Assembly: GCA_963932905.1 (NCBI GenBank)
Contig: CAWVRN010000003.1
Coordinates: forward strand, 96,001 to 160,000
DNA from: an uncultured Bdellovibrio sp.
GTDB lineage: Bacteria > Bdellovibrionota > Bdellovibrionia > Bdellovibrionales > Bdellovibrionaceae
Length of the DNA: 64,000 nucleotides
Reading direction: 5' to 3'
Of the stretch, positions 47,912-57,925 are shown piece by piece. The position numbers were made by a program, and so were the translations under genes. How positions within the stretch are numbered: the stretch's first letter is position 1; every line of letters starts with the position of its first letter. Below the pieces are notes generated by a model. That model saw only the letters and a list, made by a program, of their open reading frames with translations, made no database searches and was not told the DNA's origin.

Positions 47912-49345
47912 TTGATGGCAATGAATTTAAAATGGTCTCAGCAGTTCCAAAACTATCTCGCTGACTTTGAGAACAAGTACAAAGCTGCTCAATCCACATT
48001 GAGTCCGCTTGGTTTTGCTTTAAGCCAAAAGATCATTCCTATGAATCAATATCTGAAATGGGCACAATCAACGTATCATCTGCCTATAATCAATGAGGAT
48101 TACTTCAACACTCACTTACCTTCTGCAGAAGACTGGAAATCTTGGAAAACTGAATTTCAATGGAGTGAAGAAATCGTACCTATTGGATTGTGGGACGGTC
48201 ACTTGCTAGTGGCGTGTCTAGAAACCCCTACCCGTTTCCCGGCTTCATTTTATCCTATTTTTTTATTAGCTGACTTCAAACATACGCAGCGTACTTTTCA
48301 GTTTTACGTAAACTCGGACAAAGGCAGCGAATCAGCTAAAAAAGTAAAAGAACTTATCAATCCTCAACCGGCCGTTGCCCAAACACCGCCACCTGCGAAA
48401 TCGCAAGCATCACAGGTTGTAAAAATTGAAACTCTTGAGTTAATCGACGCGTCCGCAGAAGAAAGTAATAACGACGCTGAAGAACTGAATTTAAATCCAG
48501 TTGAAGAACAACCAGAGGGATTGAATTTTTCTATTGAATCGTTGTCAACGAACGCACCTTCTGTGGCATCACTGTCAAACTCACTTTCTACTTTGTCGTC
48601 AACATCAACACCCAGCGCACCGACTGAAATTTCATTTGATAACTTAGACATCTTATCAAACCCTGGTAAGGAAGAAATTTCTTTAAAATTTACAAACGTC
48701 GAAGTGACCTCTGGATCTGGCAAAAAAATTATCAAAGACAGCAATACAGGTATAACAAATTCCGGCATGACGAATGTGACCAGTGTGGGAAATTTAACAA
48801 CGATCAGCCACACTAACCTGCCCGCGTCGATCCAAAATGAAATTAATAAAGGTCTTCCTTATTTCATCGCGATCAAAAAAGACAACCCAATAAATTTCGA
48901 AACAATAACTCAAGGATTTTTCGCTAAAGGATCAAATTTGTTCAACAAATTCATTCTTGTGGCGGTGGACCCTAGTGAGTTACACGCGGTACCAGTTTCA
49001 TGGTCCGACGCGATCAATCCCCGATCAAAAGATTTAGAAAAATTAGATCTTAACGAGCCTAGCATTTTTAAAACTGTGGCAAGTACATTAAAAAGTTACC
49101 ACGGCCACATCGTCCTCAACGAAAGCAATGAAAAGTTTTTTGAGTTCTGGAACCAAGGGCAAGTCCCTGGAAATATCACCATGGTTCCACTCATCGTACG
49201 CAATAAATTAGTTGGTATGTGGATGGGCTTAGGTGAGTCTAATACATACAACTGGAACACGCTAAAGCAAATGGAAGCGCGAGGCAAAGAACTCTGCGAA
49301 ACTTTCAGCAATATGTTCAAAGACTCTAAAGAATCAGCGGCTTAG
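47912..49345 (+). CDS. Hypothetical protein; N-terminal T2SSE_N-like region, Ser/Thr-rich linker, GAF-like C-terminus
   Basis: 477-aa ORF; IVPIGLWDGHLLVAC and ITMVPLIVRNKLVGMWMG give weak domain hints. Confidence 0.55.
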   Translation: MMAMNLKWSQQFQNYLADFENKYKAAQSTLSPLGFALSQKIIPMNQYLKWAQSTYHLPIINEDYFNTHLPSAEDWKSWKTEFQWSEEIVPIGLWDGHLLVACLETPTRFPASFYPIFLLADFKHTQRTFQFYVNSDKGSESAKKVKELINPQPAVAQTPPPAKSQASQVVKIETLELIDASAEESNNDAEELNLNPVEEQPEGLNFSIESLSTNAPSVASLSNSLSTLSSTSTPSAPTEISFDNLDILSNPGKEEISLKFTNVEVTSGSGKKIIKDSNTGITNSGMTNVTSVGNLTTISHTNLPASIQNEINKGLPYFIAIKKDNPINFETITQGFFAKGSNLFNKFILVAVDPSELHAVPVSWSDAINPRSKDLEKLDLNEPSIFKTVASTLKSYHGHIVLNESNEKFFEFWNQGQVPGNITMVPLIVRNKLVGMWMGLGESNTYNWNTLKQMEARGKELCETFSNMFKDSKESAA

Positions 49346-49403
49346 TACAATCTGATATCACGATATCGAATATCCCCGATATCTGACTGCACTGACTGCA
49401 CAC

Positions 49404-50132
49404 TTAAAACTCACCATCAAACATGGGTGGTGGCGGTGGTGGCGGCGGAATATAGCCATCGCCCATCTCCCCTCCTCCGTTATTAAAGTCGGCCGGGAAC
49501 GGCGGCGGTGGCGGAGGCGGAATTTCATCATAGAATGGCTCATTCGACATCTCAGCTGGCAATGGCGGCGGTGGCGGTGGAATATAGCCCGAATCGGTTG
49601 CAAAATCTGGCGCAGAAGCTCCTGAACTACCGCTTGAGCCCGCACCTGGTTTTGTTGCAATTTTATATTTTGGCTTTGCCCCGTAAATCGCCCGTTTTTT
49701 ATAATCGTATCGTGGGCGCTCAACAAAAATACCTAGTTCTTCTTCTTCCGTGAAATCACGTTTATTTTGAATGATTTTACTTTTGCGCTGATTTTTACGA
49801 TACTCTTCCATTGCCACGCGATCGGCTTTATCTTGTTTCAGCTGCTCGGCCAAATACTCTTTGTAATTGTCGACCTCGTCATTTTCCTGTTTTTCTAATT
49901 TCTGACTTTTTCGAAAATCACGTAGCGCTTTGTTTTTCTCAAAAAGATCTTTTTCGACGCTTTCCAAATACGCCCGATAACTACGCAGTCGTTCTCGGTC
50001 GAACACCTGACTTTCCTCAACGTATTCTTTGTACCCCGACAGACGCTCTTGTTCCATTTCATGCTCCTGAATACGAGCCGAAACAGGCAAAACAAGCATA
50101 AGACTAAGCAACAGGGTTAAAGGTGAGTTCAT
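49404..50132 (-). CDS. Secreted hypothetical protein with charged coiled coil and poly-Pro tail
   Basis: Signal peptide, E/K/R-rich helix, three runs of 7-8 Pro. Confidence 0.65.
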   Translation of the reverse strand: MNSPLTLLLSLMLVLPVSARIQEHEMEQERLSGYKEYVEESQVFDRERLRSYRAYLESVEKDLFEKNKALRDFRKSQKLEKQENDEVDNYKEYLAEQLKQDKADRVAMEEYRKNQRKSKIIQNKRDFTEEEELGIFVERPRYDYKKRAIYGAKPKYKIATKPGAGSSGSSGASAPDFATDSGYIPPPPPPLPAEMSNEPFYDEIPPPPPPPFPADFNNGGGEMGDGYIPPPPPPPPMFDGEF

Positions 50133-50244
50133 ACCCCTATCATATCACTTTTTTTAATTTTCGAATCTAAATTATTTTCCTCTCGACTTTTTAAACGATT
50201 TTAGGAATCATGAGATCCAAATTGAATCTACTTCGAGGTCCCTT

Positions 50245-51270
50245 ATGGAATTTTGGTCTGAAATTGGCGTCTTTACTATTAAAACATTGGTCCTATTCTT
50301 GTTCTTTGCTGGGATTATTATTGTCATCGCCGTAATGGCCATGAAATCTCAAATGAAGTCAGCCCTTGAAATCGAAAAATTAAACGAAAAAATGACTAGT
50401 TACGAAAATTCGTTTAAGTCAATTCTGCTAGATAAAAATCAACTCAAAGAAGAAAAAAAGAAGGACAAGAAAGCTAAAAAAGAAAAGGACAAAGATAAAG
50501 AGCTAACCAATAAGTCACGTTTATTCGTTGTCGATTTTCATGGCGACATCAAAGCCTCACAAGTAGAAAACCTTCGCGAAGAAATCACCGCCATTCTAAC
50601 CACAGCTAACGACAAAGACGAAATCCTTGTTTGCGTCGAATCCCCTGGCGGCGTTGTCAATAATTATGGTCTAGCGGCCAGCGAACTCGTGCGCGTTCGC
50701 GAACGCAATATTCCATTGACAATCGCCGTTGATAAAGTCGCTGCTAGTGGCGGTTATTTGATGGCCTGCACGGCAAACAAAATTCTATGTGCCCCATTCG
50801 GAATTGTTGGCTCCATCGGAGTAGTAGCTCAGGTTCCCAATTTCAATCGTTTGTTAAAAAAGTACGACGTTGATTTCAAAGAATACACCGCCGGCGATTT
50901 TAAAAGAACGGTTTCTCTTTTTGGAGAAATTACACCTAAAGGTGAAGAAAAATTTCGTGATCAATTGGAACAAACGCACCAGCTATTTAAATCTTTCGTA
51001 TCCCGCTATCGCCCTCAACTAGACGTAGAAAAAGTGGGAACTGGTGAATATTGGTTCGGCGAACAGTGCTTGGAATTAAAGTTAATAGATCAAATAAAAA
51101 CAAGCGATGACTACATCTTAGAAGCAGCTAAAGACCGCACTGTTTTAAAAGTGAAATTTGAAAAGAAACAGGGCCTTTCAGAAAAACTTTCTGGAATTTT
51201 GGGACAGGCATTCGAATTAGCATTCGAAAAAATCGTTGCCAAAATGGAACCAGCTCAACGATTACTATGA
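50245..51270 (+). CDS. sohB: Protease SohB (S49)
   Basis: N-terminal TM, DFHGDIKAS, ESPGGVVNNYGLAAS, DKVAASGGY, TAGDFKRT. Confidence 0.95.
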   Translation: MEFWSEIGVFTIKTLVLFLFFAGIIIVIAVMAMKSQMKSALEIEKLNEKMTSYENSFKSILLDKNQLKEEKKKDKKAKKEKDKDKELTNKSRLFVVDFHGDIKASQVENLREEITAILTTANDKDEILVCVESPGGVVNNYGLAASELVRVRERNIPLTIAVDKVAASGGYLMACTANKILCAPFGIVGSIGVVAQVPNFNRLLKKYDVDFKEYTAGDFKRTVSLFGEITPKGEEKFRDQLEQTHQLFKSFVSRYRPQLDVEKVGTGEYWFGEQCLELKLIDQIKTSDDYILEAAKDRTVLKVKFEKKQGLSEKLSGILGQAFELAFEKIVAKMEPAQRLL

Positions 51271-51334
51271 TAAAATTTTAGTTCTGAAAACTAAATGATA
51301 GACTCGTGTTCCCCTTTGTTATAATTCATAAACA

Positions 51335-52333
51335 GTGGTTGGATGGATCCGATCAAAAATGGGGGGAATGAATTTGTCACTGGTACGTGTCGAAAATCTG
51401 GAAACTACATTCTACTTAAAATCGGGTCCGTTCCGCGCTGTAAACAACATATCTTATGAAATCAACAAAGGTGAAACATTAGGTATTGTTGGCGAAAGCG
51501 GTTGCGGAAAATCCGTTACTTCGTTTTCATTAATGCGTTTAATTGAACGCCCGGGCAAAATCACTCGCGGAAAATTCACACTCGACGGCAAAGACGTTTT
51601 AGCCGCCTCCGAATCCGAAATGGAAGAAATTCGTGGTGGCGACATGGCCATGATTTTTCAAGAGCCTATGACAGCGCTGAATCCTGTTTTAACAATAGGA
51701 TTCCAAATTGACGAACAAATTATAAAACACAAAAAATGCAGCCCAAAAGAAGCGCGCGATCGCAGTATCGAAATGCTTAAATTGGTTGGCATTCCGTCCC
51801 CGGAATCACGTTACACCAACTACCCTCACCAACTCTCTGGAGGAATGAGGCAGCGAGCGATGATTGCTATGGCTTTATCTTGTGATCCTAAATTTTTAAT
51901 TGCCGATGAACCTACAACCGCCCTTGACGTAACGATCCAGGCGCAGATTTTAGAATTGATTCAAAAGGTTCAATCTCAATTTCATATGAGCGTTCAATTT
52001 ATCACACATGATTTGGGCGTTATTTCAGAAGTTTCTGATAAAGTTTTAGTTATGTATGGTGGTCAGATGTGTGAAAAATCGCCAACACAAACTTTGTTTA
52101 CTTCACCAAAACATCCGTACACCGCGGCCTTAATTGAATCGCGACCAAAACTAGGCCAGCGATCATCGCGTTTAAAAACTATAGAAGGCTCAGTCCCGGC
52201 GCCGCATGAATTACCTGCTGGTTGCCCGTTTGTGAATCGTTGTTCGCGAGCCAAGTCGGAATGCTCTCACCAAAAACCATTGCCTGTTGAAGTTGCACCT
52301 AACCATTCGGTGGCGTGCTTCAACCCACTTTAA
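51335..52333 (+). CDS. oppD: Oligopeptide ABC transporter ATPase
   Basis: GESGCGKS, FQEPMTALNP, LSGGMRQR, HPYT, GCPF; start likely ATG 51368. Confidence 0.9.
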   Translation: MVGWIRSKMGGMNLSLVRVENLETTFYLKSGPFRAVNNISYEINKGETLGIVGESGCGKSVTSFSLMRLIERPGKITRGKFTLDGKDVLAASESEMEEIRGGDMAMIFQEPMTALNPVLTIGFQIDEQIIKHKKCSPKEARDRSIEMLKLVGIPSPESRYTNYPHQLSGGMRQRAMIAMALSCDPKFLIADEPTTALDVTIQAQILELIQKVQSQFHMSVQFITHDLGVISEVSDKVLVMYGGQMCEKSPTQTLFTSPKHPYTAALIESRPKLGQRSSRLKTIEGSVPAPHELPAGCPFVNRCSRAKSECSHQKPLPVEVAPNHSVACFNPL

Positions 52334-52342
52334 GGATTACGT

Positions 52343-53341
52343 ATGAAACAAATATCAAACGAAATTATTCTTAAAGCCATTAATGTAAAAAAATACTTCC
52401 CCATCAAAAAAGGTTTACTTTTAAAAACCGTAGGTCAAGTTAAAGCCGTTGACGACGTTTCTCTTGAAGTTCGCCAAGGGGAAACCTTAGGTCTTGTTGG
52501 CGAAAGTGGCTGCGGCAAATCGACGCTTGGTCGAACGTTGATACGTTTATATGAACCAACTTCAGGCGGGATCGAATTTGAAAATAAAAACTTCTTAAAT
52601 GTCAGTGGCCGCAGTTTACGCAATCTGCGCAAAGACATCCAAATGATTTTCCAAGACCCGTATGCGTCATTAGATCCACGTATGACTGTCGGGCAAATCA
52701 TTCAGCAACCCTTTGACATTCATGGCGTGGGCAGTGGTCGCGAACGTGAAAAACGAGTAAAAGAGCTTCTAGAATTAGTCGGCTTAAAGGCGTCTCATGT
52801 TAATCGCTACCCGCATGAATTTTCAGGCGGTCAACGTCAGCGTATTTGTATTGCGCGCGCAATTGCCTTAAATCCAAAATTGATCATTTGCGATGAACCC
52901 GTATCCGCACTGGATGTATCGATCCAAGCCCAAATTTTAAATTTACTAAAAGATCTTCAAGAAAAACTGGGCCTGACATATGTTTTTATTTCGCATGATC
53001 TATCCGTTATCGAATATTTCTGTGATCGTGTCGCAGTTATGTACCTAGGAAAAATTGTCGAGATCGGCACGCGCGACGAAATGTTCGCGGAACCAAAACA
53101 TCCTTACACACAAGCATTGTTGTCCGCAATTCCACGTGTTGGTGAAGGAAAAAAGGCTATGAAGAAATCTCTTTCTGGTGAAGTTCCTAGCCCGATCAAC
53201 CCTCCCTCTGGTTGCACCTTCCATCCTCGCTGCCCTCAGGCTATGGATATTTGTTCAAAACAAATTCCGCTGCTACAAGGCAAAGGGACACAAAGCGTAG
53301 CCTGCCATCTATACGACGAAAATTTAAAATTAAAAAAATAA
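52343..53341 (+). CDS. oppF: Oligopeptide ABC transporter ATPase
   Basis: GESGCGKST, FQDPYASLDPR, FSGGQRQR, PSPINPPSGC. Confidence 0.9.
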   Translation: MKQISNEIILKAINVKKYFPIKKGLLLKTVGQVKAVDDVSLEVRQGETLGLVGESGCGKSTLGRTLIRLYEPTSGGIEFENKNFLNVSGRSLRNLRKDIQMIFQDPYASLDPRMTVGQIIQQPFDIHGVGSGREREKRVKELLELVGLKASHVNRYPHEFSGGQRQRICIARAIALNPKLIICDEPVSALDVSIQAQILNLLKDLQEKLGLTYVFISHDLSVIEYFCDRVAVMYLGKIVEIGTRDEMFAEPKHPYTQALLSAIPRVGEGKKAMKKSLSGEVPSPINPPSGCTFHPRCPQAMDICSKQIPLLQGKGTQSVACHLYDENLKLKK

Positions 53342-53354
53342 CCAGGAGTTAGAA

Positions 53355-55046
53355 ATGTCACTGACTAGAACACTACTGTCTGTTGCTGTAAGTTTGGGAA
53401 TCGCGATGCCTGCCTTTGCAGCCAAAGCGACTAATAACGAACTAAAAATCGGCATTTCGCAAGAATTCGACTCCCTAAACCCGATCCTTTCATCCATGGT
53501 GGCGTCATCTTACATTCGCTATATCGTTAATCGCCGTCTAACCAATTTAGATAGCGATAACAAATGGCAACCTCAAATCGCTAAAGAACTTCCTACGCTT
53601 GAAAATGGATTAGCTAAAATCGTAACGGTTGATGGCAAAAAGAAAATCGTTACGAACTGGGAAATCAAAGAGGCTGTAAAATGGGGCGACGGAACACCGT
53701 TAACATGCGACGATATCATTTTCTCGCGTACAGTGGCCTTATCGAACAACGTCAGTATCCCGGAACGCGAAGTTTACGAGCAAATCGAGAAAATCGATGT
53801 GGATCCTAAAAATCCAAAAAAATGCACCTTCACCTATCAAAAAGCTATCTGGAATCACGTGAATCAACTGGGTACGTTTTATTTATTACCAAAGCACTTA
53901 GAAGAAAAAGTATTTAACAAATACAAAAACCAAAAAGAAGGTTACGAAAAAAATTCGAACTACACTAAAAACCCATCAAACCCCGGTCTATACAACGGAC
54001 CTTATGTGGTATCGGAATTAAAACTGGGGGATCATATCACGATGGTTCCAAACAAACATTTCTATGGTGAAGCGCCTAAAATTAAACGAATCATTATCAA
54101 ATTGATCCCAAATACGGGAACCCTAGAAGCGAACTTACGTTCTGGTACTGTGGATAAAATTTCAGTATTGGGGTTAACGTTTGATCAAGCGATCTCACTA
54201 GATAAGAAAATCAAAACGGAAAATGTTGATTTTTCAGTCGTGTTTGAACCCAGCGCCGTGCATGAACACATCGATTTAAATTTGGATAATCCTATTTTAA
54301 AAGATATAAAAGTACGTAAAGCCCTGGCGACAGCCATCGACAAAGAACAGCTTGTAAAATCATTGTTCGAAGGCAAACAACCGGCCTCTCTGCATTTCAT
54401 CACCCCTAAAGATCCTTGGTACACCGATGACCCAAAATCAGTAACAACGTATCGCTATTCTAAGCGACAAGCGGCCAAAATGTTAGACGAAGCTGGTTGG
54501 AAGGAAGAAAAAGATGGTTACCGTTACAAAGATGGTAAAAAGCTAAGCCTAAACTTCATGACGACCGCGGGAAACAAAACACGCGAAGCTGTTCAGGTGT
54601 ATTTACAAAATCAATGGAAACAAGTCGGCGTTGAAATCATTATCAAAAATGAACCCGGCCGTGTCTTCTTTGGTGAAACAACCAAGAAACGTCGCTTCGA
54701 TATGGCGATGTATGCCTGGGTAGCTAACCCAGAAAACAATCCACGATCAACTTTGCATAGCGGAATGATCTCGACGGAAAAAAACGGTTGGTCAGGACAG
54801 AACTACCCCGGCTTTAAAAATGCCCGTATGGACAAAATCATTGAAGATATGGAAGGTGAATTTAATCCTAAAAAGCGTTTAGAACTAGCCGCTGAAATGC
54901 AAAAAATCTACACAGATGAAGTGCCGGTATTACCTTTGTACTACCGAACAGATAACGCTGTTATTCCTAAAAATATGAAAAACTTTAGAATTCCAGGACA
55001 TCAGTTCTCGGAAACGAACGATGTTGAACGTTGGACAATGGAGTAA
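53355..55046 (+). CDS. oppA: Peptide ABC transporter substrate-binding protein
   Basis: Signal peptide, WGDGTPLT, NGPY, VRKALATAID, family 5 SBP. Confidence 0.88.
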   Translation: MSLTRTLLSVAVSLGIAMPAFAAKATNNELKIGISQEFDSLNPILSSMVASSYIRYIVNRRLTNLDSDNKWQPQIAKELPTLENGLAKIVTVDGKKKIVTNWEIKEAVKWGDGTPLTCDDIIFSRTVALSNNVSIPEREVYEQIEKIDVDPKNPKKCTFTYQKAIWNHVNQLGTFYLLPKHLEEKVFNKYKNQKEGYEKNSNYTKNPSNPGLYNGPYVVSELKLGDHITMVPNKHFYGEAPKIKRIIIKLIPNTGTLEANLRSGTVDKISVLGLTFDQAISLDKKIKTENVDFSVVFEPSAVHEHIDLNLDNPILKDIKVRKALATAIDKEQLVKSLFEGKQPASLHFITPKDPWYTDDPKSVTTYRYSKRQAAKMLDEAGWKEEKDGYRYKDGKKLSLNFMTTAGNKTREAVQVYLQNQWKQVGVEIIIKNEPGRVFFGETTKKRRFDMAMYAWVANPENNPRSTLHSGMISTEKNGWSGQNYPGFKNARMDKIIEDMEGEFNPKKRLELAAEMQKIYTDEVPVLPLYYRTDNAVIPKNMKNFRIPGHQFSETNDVERWTME

Positions 55047-55050
55047 GCCC

Positions 55051-56022
55051 GTGGGAACATACATCCTAAGACGACTGATTCAAACGGTGGTGGTGATCGG
55101 GTTGATCTCTTATATGTGCTTCTATTTGATGACACTGATGCCGGGCGATCCTGTGGAACTGATGATTCAGTCAAATCCCCGCATCACTTCCGAAGACATC
55201 GCTCGTTTAAGAGAGTTGTATAACCTTGATCAACCTGCTTATGTTCGCTACTTTAGCTGGGCCAAAGATATCGCATCTGGCGATCTAGGTTACAGCCGCA
55301 CCTACCGCGTACCTGTTCAAGAGTTGATGGGTCCTCGCTTGAAAAATACGTTCGTATTATCGTTCATGGCTTTATTGACATCTCTATTGATCGCATTGCC
55401 ATTTGGAATTTACTCGGCGCTAAAACCAGGCAGCCGAGTCGACTACTTTGTTAACCTTCTATCGTTTGGCGGAATTTCAATCCCGTCGTTTTGGCTGGGT
55501 TTAATTCTGATCATTGTCTTTTCCGTCCAGCTTGGAATTTTACCTGCCGGCGGAACTGAAACGATTGGTGTCGATCATGAATCCACCTGGGCGTTTATAA
55601 AAGACCGCGCACTTTATTTAATTCTACCGGTGATTTCACTCAGTGTTCAGTCCATCGGCGTCTTTGTTCGTTATATTCGATCCTCGATGATGGAAGCGAT
55701 GAGAAATGATTTTATCCGTACCGCCAAAGCCAAAGGTTTATCTCGTACCGTGGTTGTATGGAAACATGGTTTTAGAAATGCGTTGATTCCATTAATTACG
55801 ATCTTTGCATTGAGCTTCTCGGGATTATTTTCAGGCGCAATTTTAACGGAAACGGTATTTGCGTACCAAGGCGTGGGCAAACTGGTTTACGATTCGATAA
55901 TGGCTAATGATTATAATGTAGCCATGATCTCATTTATTATTTCAGTGAGCATGGTTTTAATGATGAACCTTTTAGCGGATATTTTATATGGATTTGCAGA
56001 CCCAAGAATCTCCTACACATAA
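55051..56022 (+). CDS. oppB: Peptide ABC transporter permease
   Basis: YILRRLI, MPGDP, GDLGYS, RTAKAKGL EAA loop, ADPRI; GTG 55051 with GGAG RBS (ORF track 55021). Confidence 0.9.
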   Translation: MGTYILRRLIQTVVVIGLISYMCFYLMTLMPGDPVELMIQSNPRITSEDIARLRELYNLDQPAYVRYFSWAKDIASGDLGYSRTYRVPVQELMGPRLKNTFVLSFMALLTSLLIALPFGIYSALKPGSRVDYFVNLLSFGGISIPSFWLGLILIIVFSVQLGILPAGGTETIGVDHESTWAFIKDRALYLILPVISLSVQSIGVFVRYIRSSMMEAMRNDFIRTAKAKGLSRTVVVWKHGFRNALIPLITIFALSFSGLFSGAILTETVFAYQGVGKLVYDSIMANDYNVAMISFIISVSMVLMMNLLADILYGFADPRISYT

Positions 56023-57250
56023 CACCCAGAAAGAGCCCAATATGTCATCAACTCACAGCTCACTTACTGAAGTCGAACGCAAAGCTCTGGAATCGGCACT
56101 GCCGATGTGGAAGATCGTGTTCTATCAATTCAAAGAACATAAAATGGCGTTCTATTCCGCTTTTGTAATTTTATTTTTCCTGATTGTAGCTTTATCAGCA
56201 GAACTGATAACCAAGGTTACAGGTCTAGATCCAAATCGCCAAAACGTCGGCGCGCGCTATCAAGCCCCGATGACTCGCGCAGAAGCTACCGATGACATTA
56301 AAGAATCTGCCGTAGAGGTATACATCAATCAACATCCCGAAGAAGCTAAACTTCTCGCTACAGAACTACGGTCGCAAAAAGTTCTGATTGCGAGTGAGGA
56401 TCCTGAAAACAACAATCAGGACGCGTTGTTCACATTGATGACAAAACCCACTGAGGAAATCAAAGCAACACTGGCCCAGCTTAAAAATGTTGACTACACA
56501 AACTACGCAGCAATTTTAAAAACATTTAGTACATTTCATATTTTTGGCACAGATGAAGTGGGCCGTGACGTTTTCATTCGATTGATATACGGCGCTCGCG
56601 TATCGATCGGTGTGGGAATCATGGTTGCATTTTCGAGTGCGTTGATTGGCCTGTTAATCGGCGGTATCGCCGGTTTCTATGGCGGCAAAATCGATATGGC
56701 TTTAATGCGTGCCACAGACGCACTCCTATCACTGCCAACAATTCCCATCCTAATTGTATTTTCCGCTGTTGATTTATCAAAATTGCCAATGATTAAACAA
56801 ATGATGAACCCCAGCTACGAAAGCATTATCAAAATGTTCGTTGTCATGTGTTTATTTTCATGGATGACGGTGGCACGTTTGGTTCGTGGCAGTATCCTGA
56901 GCTTAAGAGAACGCGAATTCGTACTGGCAGCAAGAACACTGGGCGCATCAGATGCTACAATCATTATTCGCCATATGTTTCCTAATGTGATTGCTCCCAT
57001 GCTGGTGGCTATCACACTGGGCATAGGTAGTTCGATCATATACGAATCGGCGTTAAGCTTCCTTGGCCTAGGCATCATGCCTCCCACACCGAGTTGGGGG
57101 AATATGCTAAACAATGCCCAGGAAGTGATTTACAAAAACGTTTGGTTGACGGTACTGCCAGGCTTGATGATTTTCATCACGACTGTTTCGTTTAACTTTA
57201 TTGGAGATGGGCTGCAGGATGCTGTAGATCCTAAGTCGATCAAGCGGTAG
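55988..57250 (+). CDS. oppC: Peptide ABC transporter permease with periplasmic insertion
   Basis: FGTDEVGRD, YGARVS, EFVLAARTLGA, PSWGNML, GDGLQDAVDP; start likely ATG 56042. Confidence 0.9.
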   Translation: MDLQTQESPTHNTQKEPNMSSTHSSLTEVERKALESALPMWKIVFYQFKEHKMAFYSAFVILFFLIVALSAELITKVTGLDPNRQNVGARYQAPMTRAEATDDIKESAVEVYINQHPEEAKLLATELRSQKVLIASEDPENNNQDALFTLMTKPTEEIKATLAQLKNVDYTNYAAILKTFSTFHIFGTDEVGRDVFIRLIYGARVSIGVGIMVAFSSALIGLLIGGIAGFYGGKIDMALMRATDALLSLPTIPILIVFSAVDLSKLPMIKQMMNPSYESIIKMFVVMCLFSWMTVARLVRGSILSLREREFVLAARTLGASDATIIIRHMFPNVIAPMLVAITLGIGSSIIYESALSFLGLGIMPPTPSWGNMLNNAQEVIYKNVWLTVLPGLMIFITTVSFNFIGDGLQDAVDPKSIKR

Positions 57251-57257
57251 AACGCTT

Positions 57258-57392
57258 CCGTCGATCCGTAACCGCACCGGGTCCGTGTCCGGGTCCGTGA
57301 CCGTACCGGAACCGTCACCGCGACCGCGACCGCGACCGTCACCGCAAACCGTGCCGTGGCCGTCGCTGTACCGTTTCCGTGGCCGTACCGTT
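57258..57392. repeat. Left arm of long inverted repeat built from CCGNNN/ACCG hexamers
   Basis: ccgtgaccgtaccggaaccgtcaccgcgaccgcgacc...accgcaaaccgtgccgt...ccgtttccgt; reverse complement of 57743-57861. Confidence 0.9.
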
Positions 57393-57708
57393 AGCTTTTT
57401 GGTAGCGTTTTTGGTTTGCTTAGTTTGTATAGCATTGCACCTAGGCGATCTGATAATTTTAGCAAGATTGGATCATTTATTTTTTCTATCGCTAGAATAG
57501 CTTGGCATTCTCTTACGCTTCCAAACGCTATGGAATAAAATCGCCTTTGATCTTCCATCGTTCGTTTGCCGGAGCCTTCGGCTATATTTAAGGCAATCGA
57601 TGAACTAGCCCGCAACAGCTGATCCTTTAGAAAGTGAGGAAGTTTTAAGCACTTGCATTTCTCATAAAATTCACTAGCGACAACAAAAGCATCAAAATTT
57701 TCAATCAT
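57391..57708 (-). CDS. Four helix bundle protein (23S rRNA IVS protein / Avd-like family)
   Basis: LKDQLLRASSSIALNIAEGSGK...RFYSIAFGSVRECQAIL; ATG 57708 preferred over TTG 57744. Confidence 0.9.
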   Translation of the reverse strand: MIENFDAFVVASEFYEKCKCLKLPHFLKDQLLRASSSIALNIAEGSGKRTMEDQRRFYSIAFGSVRECQAILAIEKINDPILLKLSDRLGAMLYKLSKPKTLPKS

Positions 57709-57742
57709 AACAAAAGACAAAAGCAACCCCAAAGCCAAGTTC

Positions 57743-57861
57743 AACGGTACGGAAACGGTACGGCCTCGGCTACGGCACGGTTTGCGGTGACGGTCGCGGT
57801 CGCGGTGACGGTTCCGGTACGGTCACGGCCCCGGTGCGGTGACGGTCAGACGGCTCGACGG
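57743..57861. repeat. Right arm of long inverted repeat
   Basis: acggcacggtttgcggtgacggtcgcggtcgcggtgacggttccggtacggtcacgg; complementary to the left arm with hexamer-unit indels. Confidence 0.9.
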
Positions 57862-57925
57862 TTCGCCCGCGCTACGCACCGAAGAACAACTAGACAAACC
57901 CCCCTCAATTTGATGAATTTACCCT

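Noticed and set aside
49346..49403. CTGACTGCA tandem duplication and GATATC repeats between convergent genes
   Set aside because: Too short, two copies only, no strong stem; no function supportable
57130..57500. ORFs 57130-57342 (-) and 57285-57500 (+)
   Set aside because: Low-complexity translations of the hexamer repeat (VAVAV, PRPRP)
57258..57861. CRISPR array or diversity-generating retroelement
   Set aside because: Repeats are contiguous hexamers without spacers, no cas genes; no reverse transcriptase or TR/VR pair despite the Avd-like fold
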